The notes under the pieces are model-generated. The model had not been told where the DNA came from, did not search any database, and was given only the letters and a program-made list of their open reading frames with translations. Shown here piece after piece: positions 27,395 through 39,912 of a stretch of DNA of 64,000 bases. Source of the DNA: Antedon mediterranea (taxonomy: Eukaryota; Animalia; Echinodermata); NCBI RefSeq assembly GCF_964355755.1, contig NC_092675.1:27500912-27564911 (forward strand), written 5' to 3'. The translations under genes were made by a program, and so were the position numbers. Every line of letters starts with the position of its first letter. Position 1 is the first letter of the stretch.

Positions 27395-28079
27395 TTTTAA
27401 AAATTAGTCCTTTGTGGCGCACCACAATTTTTAAAATCAAGTCTTTTTTGGCAAAAAGGGTGTTTTCCTGGTCTCTCCAGCTTGGTTGAAGGTGATACCC
27501 TCAACGAAAAAAAAAAGGATTTCTGGTTAAGTTGTCTTCCAAGAAAATCAACACTTTTAACATCAGCTTCACAAATAGAAATGGCTGCTTGATGTTAGTC
27601 TATTAATGAAAAGAAATAAAGAATGTTTTAATATTTTTAATATGTTAGGTCTCTCTTTATTAAACTTTATTATTTAGGCCCCTATTCTATACCTACCTAT
27701 TGTAATTGTATATTAAAGTTAATATTATTAAGTTATGCCTAAGCTAGACTAAGACTAGCCTAGAGGCCTTAGGCCTAGGCTAGTGATAAATCACTAAACT
27801 AAACTACACGTACTAAGCCTAGGCCTAGGCATATATTAAACATCGTCTCTAAAGACTAGGCTAGGCCTAGGCCAACAGAATCAGTTTTACCGGTAGGGAT
27901 ACAGCAAACGCGAATACTTCCTTGAACTATTGAGAAAAAATACAGGAAGCTGGCCTAGCCTAGAAAATAGAGGAGCACAACTATCGATTCAGAATATCAA
28001 CTATTACGGGTTTCTTCAAATCTATTTTGACGAGAGTTTATTTAAGTAATAAATGATAACTTAAAGCATGCTCACTTAC

Positions 28080-28190
28080 GATTTAAAATCTTTTTGCCTC
28101 TGCAATTAACGTTTGAACTCGGTGTAGTTACTGCAGTGTTCTAGGCGTACACATTCTTTCCATCGAATTCGCGCAATCTGAAATTCTTTG
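28080..28190 (-). other. OGDH: probable non-coding first exon of OGDH (exon 2 acceptor at 27600; exon 2 = 27185-27599)
   Basis: There is a consensus donor AATC/gtaagtga at 28079 and a pyrimidine-rich acceptor tttatttcttttcattaatag at 27600-27620. The transcription start is approximate. Confidence 0.55.
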
Positions 28191-28615
28191 ACCTTTACCC
28201 TTATGACGTAAACAACTTAAGTTTTGTGCCGGAAGCTAAGTTTGTTCTTTATTTAACTAGGAAAACCGGTGGGTTTTTATGCTTCTTGGTATTTCGTTTC
28301 GTCACTGAAAATATTGTTGTTTTCAATTCACATAGGATGATACATAACCACTTGTACTTTTCTTTATTTTGTAAACAGTAAACAAATATCTGGGATAAAT
28401 TAATATTTATTTGAGGTGATCGTTGTGCGACGAAGCGTGATAAAAAGTGGGCGTATAAAATGATAAAGTTTCATTGGTTATTGAACTTTTCTAACTTTGA
28501 ACGCTGGATATATTTGACTTACCGAGCATGTGATTCTTCTATTGACTTTCAAACACTCGTGATGTCATTTCTGTCATATCATTTCTGTCATTGTTATGCA
28601 GTTGACCTTCATGAA
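28185..28615. promoter_or_regulatory. bidirectional promoter region shared by OGDH (minus) and the SLC15A4-like gene (plus)
   Basis: It lies between divergent donors at 28079 (minus) and 28632 (plus). Motifs: TNAAGGTCA-type sites at 28189-28197 and 28603-28611, TGACGTAA at 28204, CCGGAAG at 28229, GGGCG plus TATAAAA at 28449-28460, and ATTGG at 28473. Confidence 0.55.
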
Positions 28616-29107
28616 GCGGATTTATTAAATCGTAAGTAAGCCTACTAGAATTCAACTTAATATTAAAAGCATAAAGTAGTGTTACATTGATTCTTTACAC
28701 TTGTTTCTAATCGGTTGTACTTTATAAATATGTACGACTACAAGACCTGCTCTACAGACGGACTTTGCACTTTCTTTTCATACAATAAATGTTGATATGT
28801 TTATAAGTCATATCACAAATACAATGTTATATACAATGCTACAGGTAATTGTCGAGTATCAGACGTCCTGACAATGTTAATAAAAGTCAATGAAATGTCT
28901 CTACAGTCCTACCATAGGCCTATATACAATTCATGCATATCAAAACAACTGGAAATTGTTACTTATTGTTAATTGTTAAATTAGGTATTATGTCGGGTTA
29001 TTTCGAACTTTAACGGGGGGGGGGGGGGGTTCTCTATTCTAAAATCACAGTTTGAATAAATTCTAAAAATAAACATATTTCTTGACAGGTCTGCTTATGT
29101 AGCAACT

Positions 29108-32100
29108 ATGGCATCGGAAACGGCACCACTGCTAAAAGACATGGCAGACGACTCACAGGCAAAAAAGAGTGTATCCTTGACGCAGTCAGGACGAATGCAT
29201 ATTGTACTCTGTATATTATGCTGTGAACTATGTGAAAGATTAACATATTACAGTATTGTGGCTAACTTGGTGGTGTACTGCACAAATAAGTTAGGTTATA
29301 CAAGTGCTGATGCGGTCACCGTCAGCCTTGTGTTTTCCGGGACATCTTATTTTGTTCCTGTCTTAGGAGGATGGGTTGCGGACTCAATCTCAGGAAGATA
29401 CAACGCCATTTATGGCAGTTTGCTCATTTATTTTGTAGGTGAGTTGATTGAAAACTCGTTAAAAATACAAATGAATAAATTTCATTATTATAATTTGTTA
29501 TTCTTTACTGTATTAATTTATTATAAAACTTAAATTCATCATTAGTCGCCTGCAACGCGACCCTACAGCTCACTATGTCGGTCGGTTGGTCGGTAAACAC
29601 TAATTTAAGCACGCGACTGAAGCCATGTATAAGGCCTTGTTTTTATACAGTTCATCATTTAAAAGAATAAAATGTATGTTGTATATTATTACAAAGTCCT
29701 TTTAGGTATCAAAACCATTCAAGTTTATAACCATTCCAGTAAATAAGTAAATGTCCTATAGGCCTAAAGACCCAAGTCCCACTATGCTCATAATAACTAG
29801 CATAGACCGTGATTAAAACCACATATCATTATACATTTGAGAAAAACGCCGAACAATTTACAATTTTTAAAGTAGTTTATTTATGTAAGCTGCTTTGACG
29901 GATTTCTTTCGATCTTTGAGTGTTTTTCTTACTTTCGTAAATCTTTGATTGACACCGACGATGATAAACATCGCATATGTTTCGTTATTGCTCCAAACAA
30001 CATCATCATCATCAGTACAATAAATACGATCTTCAATGTTTTAGCTACAATATAATATTATTTCTCTACATACGGGACATTAGTTATATGTTCATTATAT
30101 GTTTATACAACATCCTGTAAAAGAGCACATGAGTAGACTATAAGAGCCAAATAACACCAAACGTTTTTTTTTTGGCTTAATTCACGTCCAGATGATCACT
30201 AAAAAAGACACAATTCAACTCTCTATTGTGCCAGCACTTTTATTAATTTATTCATAAGCTGAGCAGATCACAAAGAGAAAGTAGTATATTTCACAAAAAC
30301 ATAAAAACTATAGTTTGGTTTTGCATTCGTTCTAGAAATACCAATCTGTTTGAGGCCCACTTTAATCAAACAAAACAATATTTTACAAAAATTAAGGCCA
30401 ATTATATTAAGATAAACATTTTAAAAAAAAATGAAATACCATTGAAATGATGAACATTTTTGTAAAATTGCTTCCTACTGACGTGTAACCTGTGAATATT
30501 AAAAATACATTGATTTTATTAAAATTCCTGAAAATTGGTTTGATTATTACATAAATACATTTTTTTGCTATATATTGTAATACATTTTTACAAGGAAAGT
30601 AGGTTTGCTTTTGAAATTAATTGTAAAAAAAAAAACATTTTTCATATCATAGTTGAATCAGGAAAATCTCACTCTTCCCTTGCTGTATAGTAATTTCATT
30701 CAGAATTCATCTTTACAATTTCAAGGATGATCACAAAAATGTAAACGTCAACTTAGGCCTTAATGGTATACCCGTACCAATCATTATAATGTTAGAGCTG
30801 TGTGAAATACAGTAATAATAACAGGTTTACTATCATTCAAAAACAGTTAACAATTGAAACAATTAGTTGCTGGTATGATTATTGTACCTGTATCATCAGG
30901 TCACTACATATTTTAATATACACTCAATTAGTTCACTTTTGGAAAGCTTTGTTGCACAGCAACATGAATGAAGCATGCAACAATGAGGAATTACTGCTTC
31001 TCTCAAAGACACATGGATCCTGCAGTACGTCTGACAATGAATCGACGATCTTTTCCCACAAAGACAGACGCTTGGTCGTCATGTGCATCCTTTTTTGTGA
31101 ACTCTGTGAACGGCTAACCTACTATGGTATACTTGGCAATCTGATCTTGTACCTGACGATAGAGTTGGAATACAGCAGTGCAGACGCTTCCACTATATCA
31201 ATGGTTTGGACAGGTGTCGTCTATACCATTCCTGTTTTTGGTGGCTTTATAAGTGATTCGATGTTAGGAAGATTTAAAACAATAATTTACTCTCTGATTA
31301 TCTATGCAGTTGGTAAATATTGTGTGTTGTAATTATATTTGTTTAGTTTATATTTTAGGAGGAATTATGAGGCATTATATTGTTTGCCTGCAGAAGGAAC
31401 AAGAACAAGTTATTACAGGGTGACGTAGTCATACGGCAACGCAATATAAATATACATAGACAACAAAGTGTTATATAACTGTTCTTATTCTTTCAGGAAC
31501 CGTTGTACTACCTTTAATATCAATAGATTATGGGACACTACTAGATAGTGGAGCTGAACTTACGCTGTCTCAACAACGGGGATTTTATATTTTTGGTCTT
31601 TGTTTAATTGCTATTGGGACAGGCGGTATCAAATCAAATGTTGGGCCGTTTGGTGCACAACAACTTGAGGATCTCGGAGAGGGTGCTATACAAACGTTTT
31701 TTAATTGGTAAGAAAAATGAGTGTGTATGCTAATAGCTAATAGGTCTCTTCCTAAGTTACTGGCTGCGTGGGTTGCTTTGGAATACAACACAGAATCCTT
31801 CAGATAAGATGTAAAGATGTTTGTCTGTTTTTGTCAATAATAATTTTACAATAAATTGTTTAAAGGATGGTAAGGAAATAATAGTAGAGTAAGGTTTGTT
31901 AAAGAGTACACCAACAATTCCTAAATTGCTACAGAAATATGGAAAATTGTTGTGGCATTCCCACTTTTTCTACATACTGCCTTTTTTATCAATTACATGG
32001 GCTATTTGTAGTCTAAACCGTTATACGAATATTTTTGATATAGAAGATATTAAATAATAAAACTATCTTGTACTTCGTATCTTTAAAGGTTTTACTGGTT

Positions 32101-35100
32101 TATCAACATTGGAGCAGCGATTGCTTACTCTTTAGTTGTGTATGTCCAACAAGAGATAAGCTTTGCATGGGGTTACACAATACCAGCAATATCCATCTTA
32201 CTGTCGATCGTGGCTCTGTTGCTTGGCAGAAACAAATATATAACAATGCCCCCAGAAGGTATGGAAAATCAGATTAATTTCAGTAGATTATTCAATTTTA
32301 TTTTTCTGGATTTCTAAATGTGTCTCCTGTGATTTGTATGTTTTTATACATGTGATCTTTGTGGGGTTTTCCCACAGTATCTGTGTGGCTTTGCAGGTGA
32401 TCTCTGTGTTTAATTGATCTTTGTAGGATTTCCAGTTTTTTAGACAATAATCCCTTCTTGTAGTAATGGGACTCAAGGACACATACTTGAATACAAATTC
32501 TTAAAATCTAACTCTTGTATACATTTTCAAAAAATGTCTCACTCTCGCCTGGCACAATTAAATGTTCTCCATACTCAATATTATATAATTATTTATTCTG
32601 GTTTATTTTTCAGGTAGTATATTAACTAGAATATGTAAAATTCTTTGGCAAGCAATTTCAAAATGTTGTGGCAGCAATAGTTCTGACGATATGGAAATAA
32701 AGAGCTGTTTAGATCGTGCAAAGCAAGAAAATGGAGGCTCGTTCCTCACTGAGCACGTAGAACAAGTGAAATGCTTAGCTAGAATAGTACCCGTGCTGTG
32801 TTGCATGATAATGTACTGGACAATATATGCACAGGTAAAGTTTTAAGTATAATACATTGTTAATAACTAGAAGTAGCCTAGCTTACAAATAGCCATTTCA
32901 TATTTTCGCTGTGGTCTGCGACATACAACATTTCTTCAATCTGGTTTTCCACATATTTTCATTTTGATAAGCACTATTTTACCATAATCAGAACATTCAG
33001 TTTCATACAGATGATGTATTGTTATCTTATCACCAATACTCAAGATTTTTAGTGAAAGTGAAACTCTATTTCTTCTGCTTTGTATATTTTAGATGCAAAC
33101 AACATACATACTACAAGGAGAGAGAATGAACCTTGTATACAATAGTTTCACATTTCCTGTTGCGTCTTTAAGTCTGTTCAACAATTTTAGCCTTCTTTTA
33201 TTGATTCCAATCATGGACACTCTTGTATATCCTTATCTGGAACGCAAAGGCTATAACTTGACACTGCTAAAGCGAATTGGTAAAATCATGTTTTTCTTTG
33301 TTATGCGATAAATACTATTATTAGGGGCCTGTTATTAATTAGCCTATTTGTATTAATTAAATTGTATTGACAAATAATATTCACAATATTGATACAGTGT
33401 ACATACTAAATCAATTAAAAACGCAAACAAATTATATCTAAATTAATATTTAATGCCTATTATTCTCAAATTGAAATCAGGAATAGGCTTTTGATTTATT
33501 TTTGATTTTGATATAGTAAAGTAGTCTTTAATGTATGTATCGTGTGCTACAAGTTGGCCAAAGATAAGGTCTGAGATATTCTGTAAAGTATAGTTTTTAC
33601 ACTGTAGGGCCTCATCTATAATATTGTTATAATAATTGTATTATTATTATTATTTCTCATAATTTAAAATAACTTATTTGTTTAGCTTTAATAGCTGTTT
33701 ATTGTAATACTCAAACTAATTTTAAAATTTGTTTAGGATTTGGAATGTTCTTAGCAGCAGTGTCAATGGCAGTAGCTGCTGGTGTGGAGGTCGCCAGGAA
33801 AAACATAATGCAAGATGGTGGATACAACACTCAAGTGATTGCCAATGCGTCGTACAACGCTTCCACGTTGTCAGTTTTTGCACAAATTCCGCAGTACTTT
33901 ATAGTTGGCGCTAGTGAAGTCTTTACGAGTATTACAGGTTTGTATATTTGCATAGTGTTGCACTCTTACCAGGCCCATTTGACAAATATAACAATTCTCT
34001 ACAATACATGTTGTGTACAGTTGGTAGTGCTGCATTGGCTGCAATACTATACAGTAGAGGATCTTTTCCGAATTTCCTCAGTAATGTCAGATCATAAACA
34101 TTTTACCCATAGTTACATAAAATGTGTTACTATGTGTATTTTTTGTGACGGTTTACAATCCACAATTTTCAAGCTATTTTTACGAATAAAAGTATATTAT
34201 TATACCATTATAATTGTACGTATACCTTGATGAATATACCATGTTTACGGTACTTGTTGAATATCGACGCGCCGCTAAAGCTGATTAAAATATGTAACTT
34301 CATTATCAGCTGAAATATTAAATAGAACTGTATTTCTCTCTGTAATAAGATTGCGTTGTCTGATTTATTTTGGTTTGTGCTTTTTTAGGGCTAGAATTTG
34401 CATATTCACAGTCGCCAAAGGCTTTACAAGGAGTTGTTATGGGGCTCTTTCTCCTAACAACAGGCTTAGGAAGTTATGTTGGTTCATTACTCGTAATAAT
34501 TGTTAATGCTGCAACCAAAGGTAATTATCAGTGAAATAATTATAAGAAAAGAGCATCAGATTTTAAAAGTTTTCAATTACTGTCATGTGCAGTAGTGAAA
34601 ACGAAAATTTATACCTACCTTCTATATATAAATTTACGTAAGGGCAAAATTCGGTAAATCTCGGTTTATTTCTAGAATTTCTACTCGATGGTATATAAAG
34701 TTGGTTCATACTTTCGGTACTGATTTTAACCATCTGATGTAACCCTGTTTACTAATTAAATTGAGTTAGGTAATTAGTTATTGACGATTAAAACGAATTT
34801 AGGTTCAACGATTTGCCCCAAATAGGGGTGTTTTCCGATCGTGGTATACACTGTCTAATGGATGTCCATCTTGAAAAATACCCGCCACAAAAATACGAGG
34901 AGGCTTCGCATTTTCCTATCTCCTCCTACGATAATTGTTTTTAATAGCTGAAAAATGTTGAAGACAGGCCGATTTTCTTTAAAAAATACTATTTTGATAG
35001 ATTTAATATACGATTATACAAATGTATTGATTTGCGATGAATGGAACATTCCAATCTCTGTTTCACAAGTGTCTATTCCCTCAGGCGTCGTAAAGGCAAG

Positions 35101-36633
35101 TACAGTACTGTATACTCGAAATTCGATCCATTTTTGTTTTCAATCTGTGCTGCAGAGGTTGGATATAATTTTTTTTTAAACGGATAATGAGCTAGCGTTT
35201 TCACTCGCCGTATATTATGTACAAATCTTTATTATTGCAGTTAAACCACCCACATCATCACCTTTCCCTCACTGGCATGAGTAGCGTTGTAAAACCAGTA
35301 GAGAATAGGCCTACGGTACATCACATGCCCTAAACGCAGAACAACTTTGGTGGGTAGGGTAGGAACCAACTTAAGTATGAATTGGCTCTAAGAAACAATT
35401 GAAAACCATTAGGCCTACTAATTAAGTTGAGTTAGATAATTTAATATTTATTGACGATTAAATCGAATTTATGATTTTCCCCGAATAGAGGTGGTTTTCA
35501 AATTGTTTTACATTATATTATAAACATATACACGTCGTAGTGATGTATCGTTACATGTGCTGTACTATTTCAATCGACTAGGACGGTGATAGTTTCAACA
35601 AAGTATTACATCGCAATGTTTTACTGTGTTTAGTGGTATATTATTTGTAAAACATGAAAGCAATTAATATTTCGTTACTAAATGGATAAAGAATATATTT
35701 TAACATTGTTCCTCTTTGCACCCATCCTCTTCCCCATCCCTCAACCCTAATGTTACATACAAAACACAAATTAAGTTTGTTTAAATTTGACTTAAACAAT
35801 TGGTCTTATTTTGTGACAAGTTTCTCTTTCGGAAGTAATAGGGTGCTAATTTTAGTTGAGTACATAAATCACAGTGTCTATTTATTCGTTCCTGTACACG
35901 ACATGTATTATTGTCCTGCGGTACGTACATTTGAAATCGCCAGTTTTTTAACGCTGAAATTATTATGTATTCGAGAACCATCTGTGGGCACGACCTAGAT
36001 GGTACGCGAGCGAAGCGAGCGTACCATCTAGTCGTTTAAATTAAGGAAGAGTGAAATTCTTCCCAGGTTTCAATGAACTGTTTTGTATCGTTATCAACCA
36101 ACAGATAATGAACATAATGATTAGGTTGAGTTATTGACATTGAGTTATTCAATTATTTCCTCCAGGGTAATTAAATACCCTGGAGGAAATAATTGAATAT
36201 CACCCACAATGCTAAATAATATAATTGAGAACTATCTGTCGTAGTATGTGTGGGTGAAATAGGTGGTATGTTTAGGGAACTATACTCATACTTTTTACAC
36301 AGTAAATTTCGAAATGTAGGCCTAATTTGTTAAATATTTGTTTTATTTTCAGGCCACGAATGGTTTCCAGATGAAATCAATGAAGGTTATATAGAATATT
36401 ATTTCATATTACTATCAGTAATGATGATAATAAACTTGGGTATATTTTGCATTGTTGCGCATTATTATACATATGTGCAGTATGGTATATTGAACCCTGA
36501 ACCTCCACCAGACTACGGCGCTGTTGGTAAGAATAGTGAATCTCCCGATATTAAATTGAATGGTGAGGGATTTGATCAGCGGGATAAGGCTGTCTTGTTA
36601 AAGGATGGTAGCTTGTCTGAATCTGAAATATGA
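29108..36633 (+). CDS. SLC15A4: SLC15A4/PHT-like proton-coupled oligopeptide/histidine transporter (POT/PTR family), copy 1, about 577 aa
   Basis: Exons: 29108-29438 (or alternative 30964-31312), 31497-31707, 32089-32258, 32614-32834, 33093-33279, 33737-33937, 34389-34520, 36353-36633. All are GT-AG and sum to 1734 nt in frame. Motifs: ELCERLTYY (ExxER), GGWVADS..GR, GTGGIKSNV, WFYWFINIG, QIPQY..G.SE, LEFAYSQSP, and an N-terminal ETAPLL dileucine. A non-coding exon ends at 28631 and splices to 29089. Orthology to SLC15A4 versus SLC15A3 cannot be resolved by eye. Confidence 0.9.
29542..29641 (+). mobile_element. miniature DINE-1/HINE-like element
   Basis: It has an AGTCGC..CGCGAC subTIR, a (GTCG)n microsatellite, a second CGCGACT, a short GCC..GGC hairpin and a CTTGTT end. 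Confidence 0.6.
30964..31312 (+). CDS. alternative paralogous first coding exon (exon 1b) of the SLC15A4-like copy 1
   Basis: It reads MNEACNNEELLLLS...ELCERLTYYGILGNL...IIYAVG. It ends in the same phase-1 donor (G/gtaaat) as exon 29108-29438 and encodes the same TM1-TM3 region. Confidence 0.85.
34621..36031 (+). mobile_element. non-autonomous Helitron-like element in the last intron of copy 1
   Basis: It starts TCTATATATA and ends with a GC-rich hairpin CTAGATGGTACGC..GCGTACCATCTAG followed by T. A segment is internally duplicated (34761 and 35428). The 5' boundary is less certain. Confidence 0.65.
36146..36199. repeat. perfect 24-bp inverted repeat with a 6-nt loop
   Basis: TATTCAATTATTTCCTCCAGGGTA-ATTAAA-TACCCTGGAGGAAATAATTGAATA. 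Confidence 0.9.
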
Positions 36634-37559
36634 TACTGCATCAAGACGCTGGAATATTGTATAACCAGAGAAGAATGAAATTACATTACAATTTCACTCT
36701 TCCCTTGTATAACATGCATTGTGGTGCATGATTCATTCAATGTTGTCATCAATCAATATGAAGTTTGTAAGAGCCATCTAATAAAGCTAATAATGTTGTT
36801 ATGTGCCTCGTTTTCAATGTGTTCAAGATGCAGACGCTTTAATGATATGTGTGCTTAGGTTAATGTTATTACATTCTTCTCATTTTTTTTTTATGTTAAA
36901 AGTTTGGATTTTAACTTACGGTTTTGTAAACAAACATTTTTTAAGGTAACTATATTGTTATAATGTTACATAAATTTATATTTTAATACTTAGTATTGAC
37001 AATATATATATCTATACAATTAACTTTCTCAAAGTACCGTACATTTACAGTTTTGATTAATAGTAGCCTCATGCTACACCTAATGTGTCAAATACAGATA
37101 AAAAAACGACAAATATGGTAATATATTTTATGAATTGTTATCATAGAACATTAGGCCTATACGGTATCATGCAAATTTGATAATTTATATAAACTGTACA
37201 TATTTTATCTTAATAAACAACTCCAAATAATTTATATTTGATCGTGCTTGTGCAATTCGTTTGTGCCTTGTAATATTAATTAATTATATTTAGAAATTTA
37301 CTGATATATATAAGTTGAGAATAATAAATTTATACAAACCAAAAGATTGTGTTTTTAAATATTGAATGAGATTTTAATACGTCCTGTAGGGTGTTTTACT
37401 GTATAAAATGACCTGGAGTGTGTTAAATTTGTTTCAAATCGCTCATACTATGTCCTATAAAAATATGTTACTCTTTTAAATATAAATAATAATAGGCCTA
37501 ATAATAAAAATAATAAATATTCAACTTTTCTGTAAAAAACAATGTATTGATGTCGAGAT

Positions 37560-38118
37560 ATTAATAGTTTATTGCGTTAAAGATCTGGCTCCCATCCCAC
37601 AGAGTCACATATAAAAAAGCCATACTGGTTTTTAAATGTCTCAACAATTTGGCAACCCCGGGCATGACAAACCTATTCACTCCATTACCTCAAACTCGTG
37701 AAACGAGGCAGTCAACAACTATGAAGTTGAAGGTCCCTTTTGCGGAAAAGGAAAGTTACCTCACGAGTTTTTGTGTAAGTGGGGCAAATATATGAAACAA
37801 TTTGCATATCGACTTGAGAACCGAGACGCCTGTAAATGTTTTTAAATCTAATTTGTATGATACAATTCATTAAGTACAATTAAGACCTTACTGTGCTCAA
37901 AATGAGAGGAGCTACGTTGCCCTTAAATTGTAATTGTATCCGAATTTATTGTTGTATTATTATTGATTGTATTTTTTCCCCCATATTTTTATTGTTATAC
38001 ATTATTAACTGTGTGCTATTGCTTTTGTACGTAAAATGCAGGGCCCCAATGGAAACCAGTTTTTAACTGTTTGGGACACCCTGGGTAAATAAATGTAAAT
38101 AAATAAATAAATAAATAA
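37560..38118 (+). mobile_element. 3' remnant of an L2/Crack-like LINE
   Basis: It encodes a degenerate LRWLP..ILVFKCLNN...SF..SGA.IWNNL C-terminus, followed by a gggcccc..ccctg hairpin and a (TAAA)n tail. Confidence 0.75.
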
Positions 38119-38644
38119 TCATTGTTACGATCAACAAATGGCATGTAATTGGCAATTGAAGCACAATAACAACAATACAACAAGAAAATACCAATTGGTG
38201 AGTGACTGGTGAATTACGTGTACACTTTGGTCTTGCAATCTTCAGTCATTTCGTTTTCTCTTGGTAAACTGTTTCTGACTATTTTATTGATTCTATATTA
38301 AATGATTTTGGCTCTCCACTATGTAGCTACAAAAAGGCCTATTCCAATCGTTGGCGGTAAATGATCGTACAGGAGTCCTCATCCACGAAAAAGCTAATTG
38401 TTTCCAATTAGCTTTGGCTAACTTGATCAATCTGATAGGAATTTGGCCACTCGACCAGCAAATGTTTGAATTCCCCAGAAAAAATCTCACCTTGTGATTG
38501 GTCTAATTAAGAGCAATTTACAAGCAGTGACAGCTGCTTTATTCACAGTCGGTGAGACATCTGTAACAGAATAAAACTTAAATAAAATAACGAAAAATAT
38601 GATTTGAACCCGGGTCTGAATACGTACTGTACAAATGTTTTTTT

Positions 38645-39098
38645 AACAATGTTTTTAGTTTTCTTTCCAGAATGAATAACTTACAAGCCGCCAAGAAGTG
38701 GTGTAGTATATTGACGAATCCTGTAGAAACTATAGTTATAGCGATATTGACGAAGCAGACCCACTGCAAGATGTATGCATTCATTCATTCATTCATTCAA
38801 TCTTTTATTTCGGAATCTCTGGTCCATAGAAAGTAAAATTCTATACTAATAAATTAAAAATAAACTAAGACTGTACCGTACTAATTACTACTCATCTCAG
38901 GATGGCATTCCACATGGAAAGCATCTTTGACTTATAGGCCTATAAAACGTTGCCTATAATCATTCAAGTCTATAAGCTCATATCCATTCTGCACACGTTC
39001 TGCTATTAGCCCCTCGCCTGAAAGTTCAGTCCTAGTGTGTCGATCGTAGAGAAAGAATGTTGTGAGTTATGCATGTTTGTTATAGCATACCAGCCAAA
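38645..39098 (-). pseudogene. relic first exon of a further SLC15A4-like duplicate
   Basis: 38974-39098 matches the start region of copies 2 and 3 (aagctcatatccattctgcacac versus aagctcatacccattctgcacac). 38645-38770 matches 58500-58610 (agcgatattgacgaagcag..cactgc) but is frameshifted. No downstream exons were seen. Confidence 0.75.
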
Positions 39099-39912
39099 AC
39101 TTTATTAGTTTAAATTCCTTTGATTATTATACGCTTTTAGCTCTCCATAGTATACTTACAGTATCAGCCTGTACAATAGTTCCATACGTTACATATTGTA
39201 CAAGGGCTTATTTACCACAAAGAGACTTATAATTGGTCTTGATGGTACGATTACTCTATTCCTTCTTTCATTTGATACTGTTTATACAAAGTAATTATTA
39301 ACGACAATTGTCATGATTAGGCCTATTATTATGTAATTCTCTTTATTACTAATTGTCACAGACGTATTCATTCATCGACAAGTTCTTATTTTGATTGAAT
39401 GACTTCAGTTCAGTCCAAAATAGATTCAATAGGACTTAAAACGTACAGTGACCAATTAATTATCTTCAAGGAAGAGTAACATTTCACTCCTCCTGGTATA
39501 TTTAAAAGATATTTAATAAAATCTATTAGTATTTAATAATTTGATATGGATGTAGGTTTCATTCTTGTATTTTACATCCAGCATTAGATTCAATGTGGTA
39601 TTACACTTGTATCCGAGTTCACATTCACTGAATTACTAATGAAAAGATTGCACATTTTGGTGGTGCACTAAAGTTTAGAAAATTGGAACAGCTACATTAT
39701 TTTAATGGAGGATAAAGTGTGGACGAGGCAGACACCAAGACTAACTGTTGACGCGATGTTTCTATAATTTCTGGTATTATAGTCACTTGATTATAGAGTG
39801 TTGTTGAAAGCAGAAAGGGGTATTTTTACATAGACGTCAACTACTTTTCTTGCCGCAGCGGTAAGGCACGCATGCGCACCGTGCCATTTCCAGCCTCGAC
39901 TTCATATCCTGT

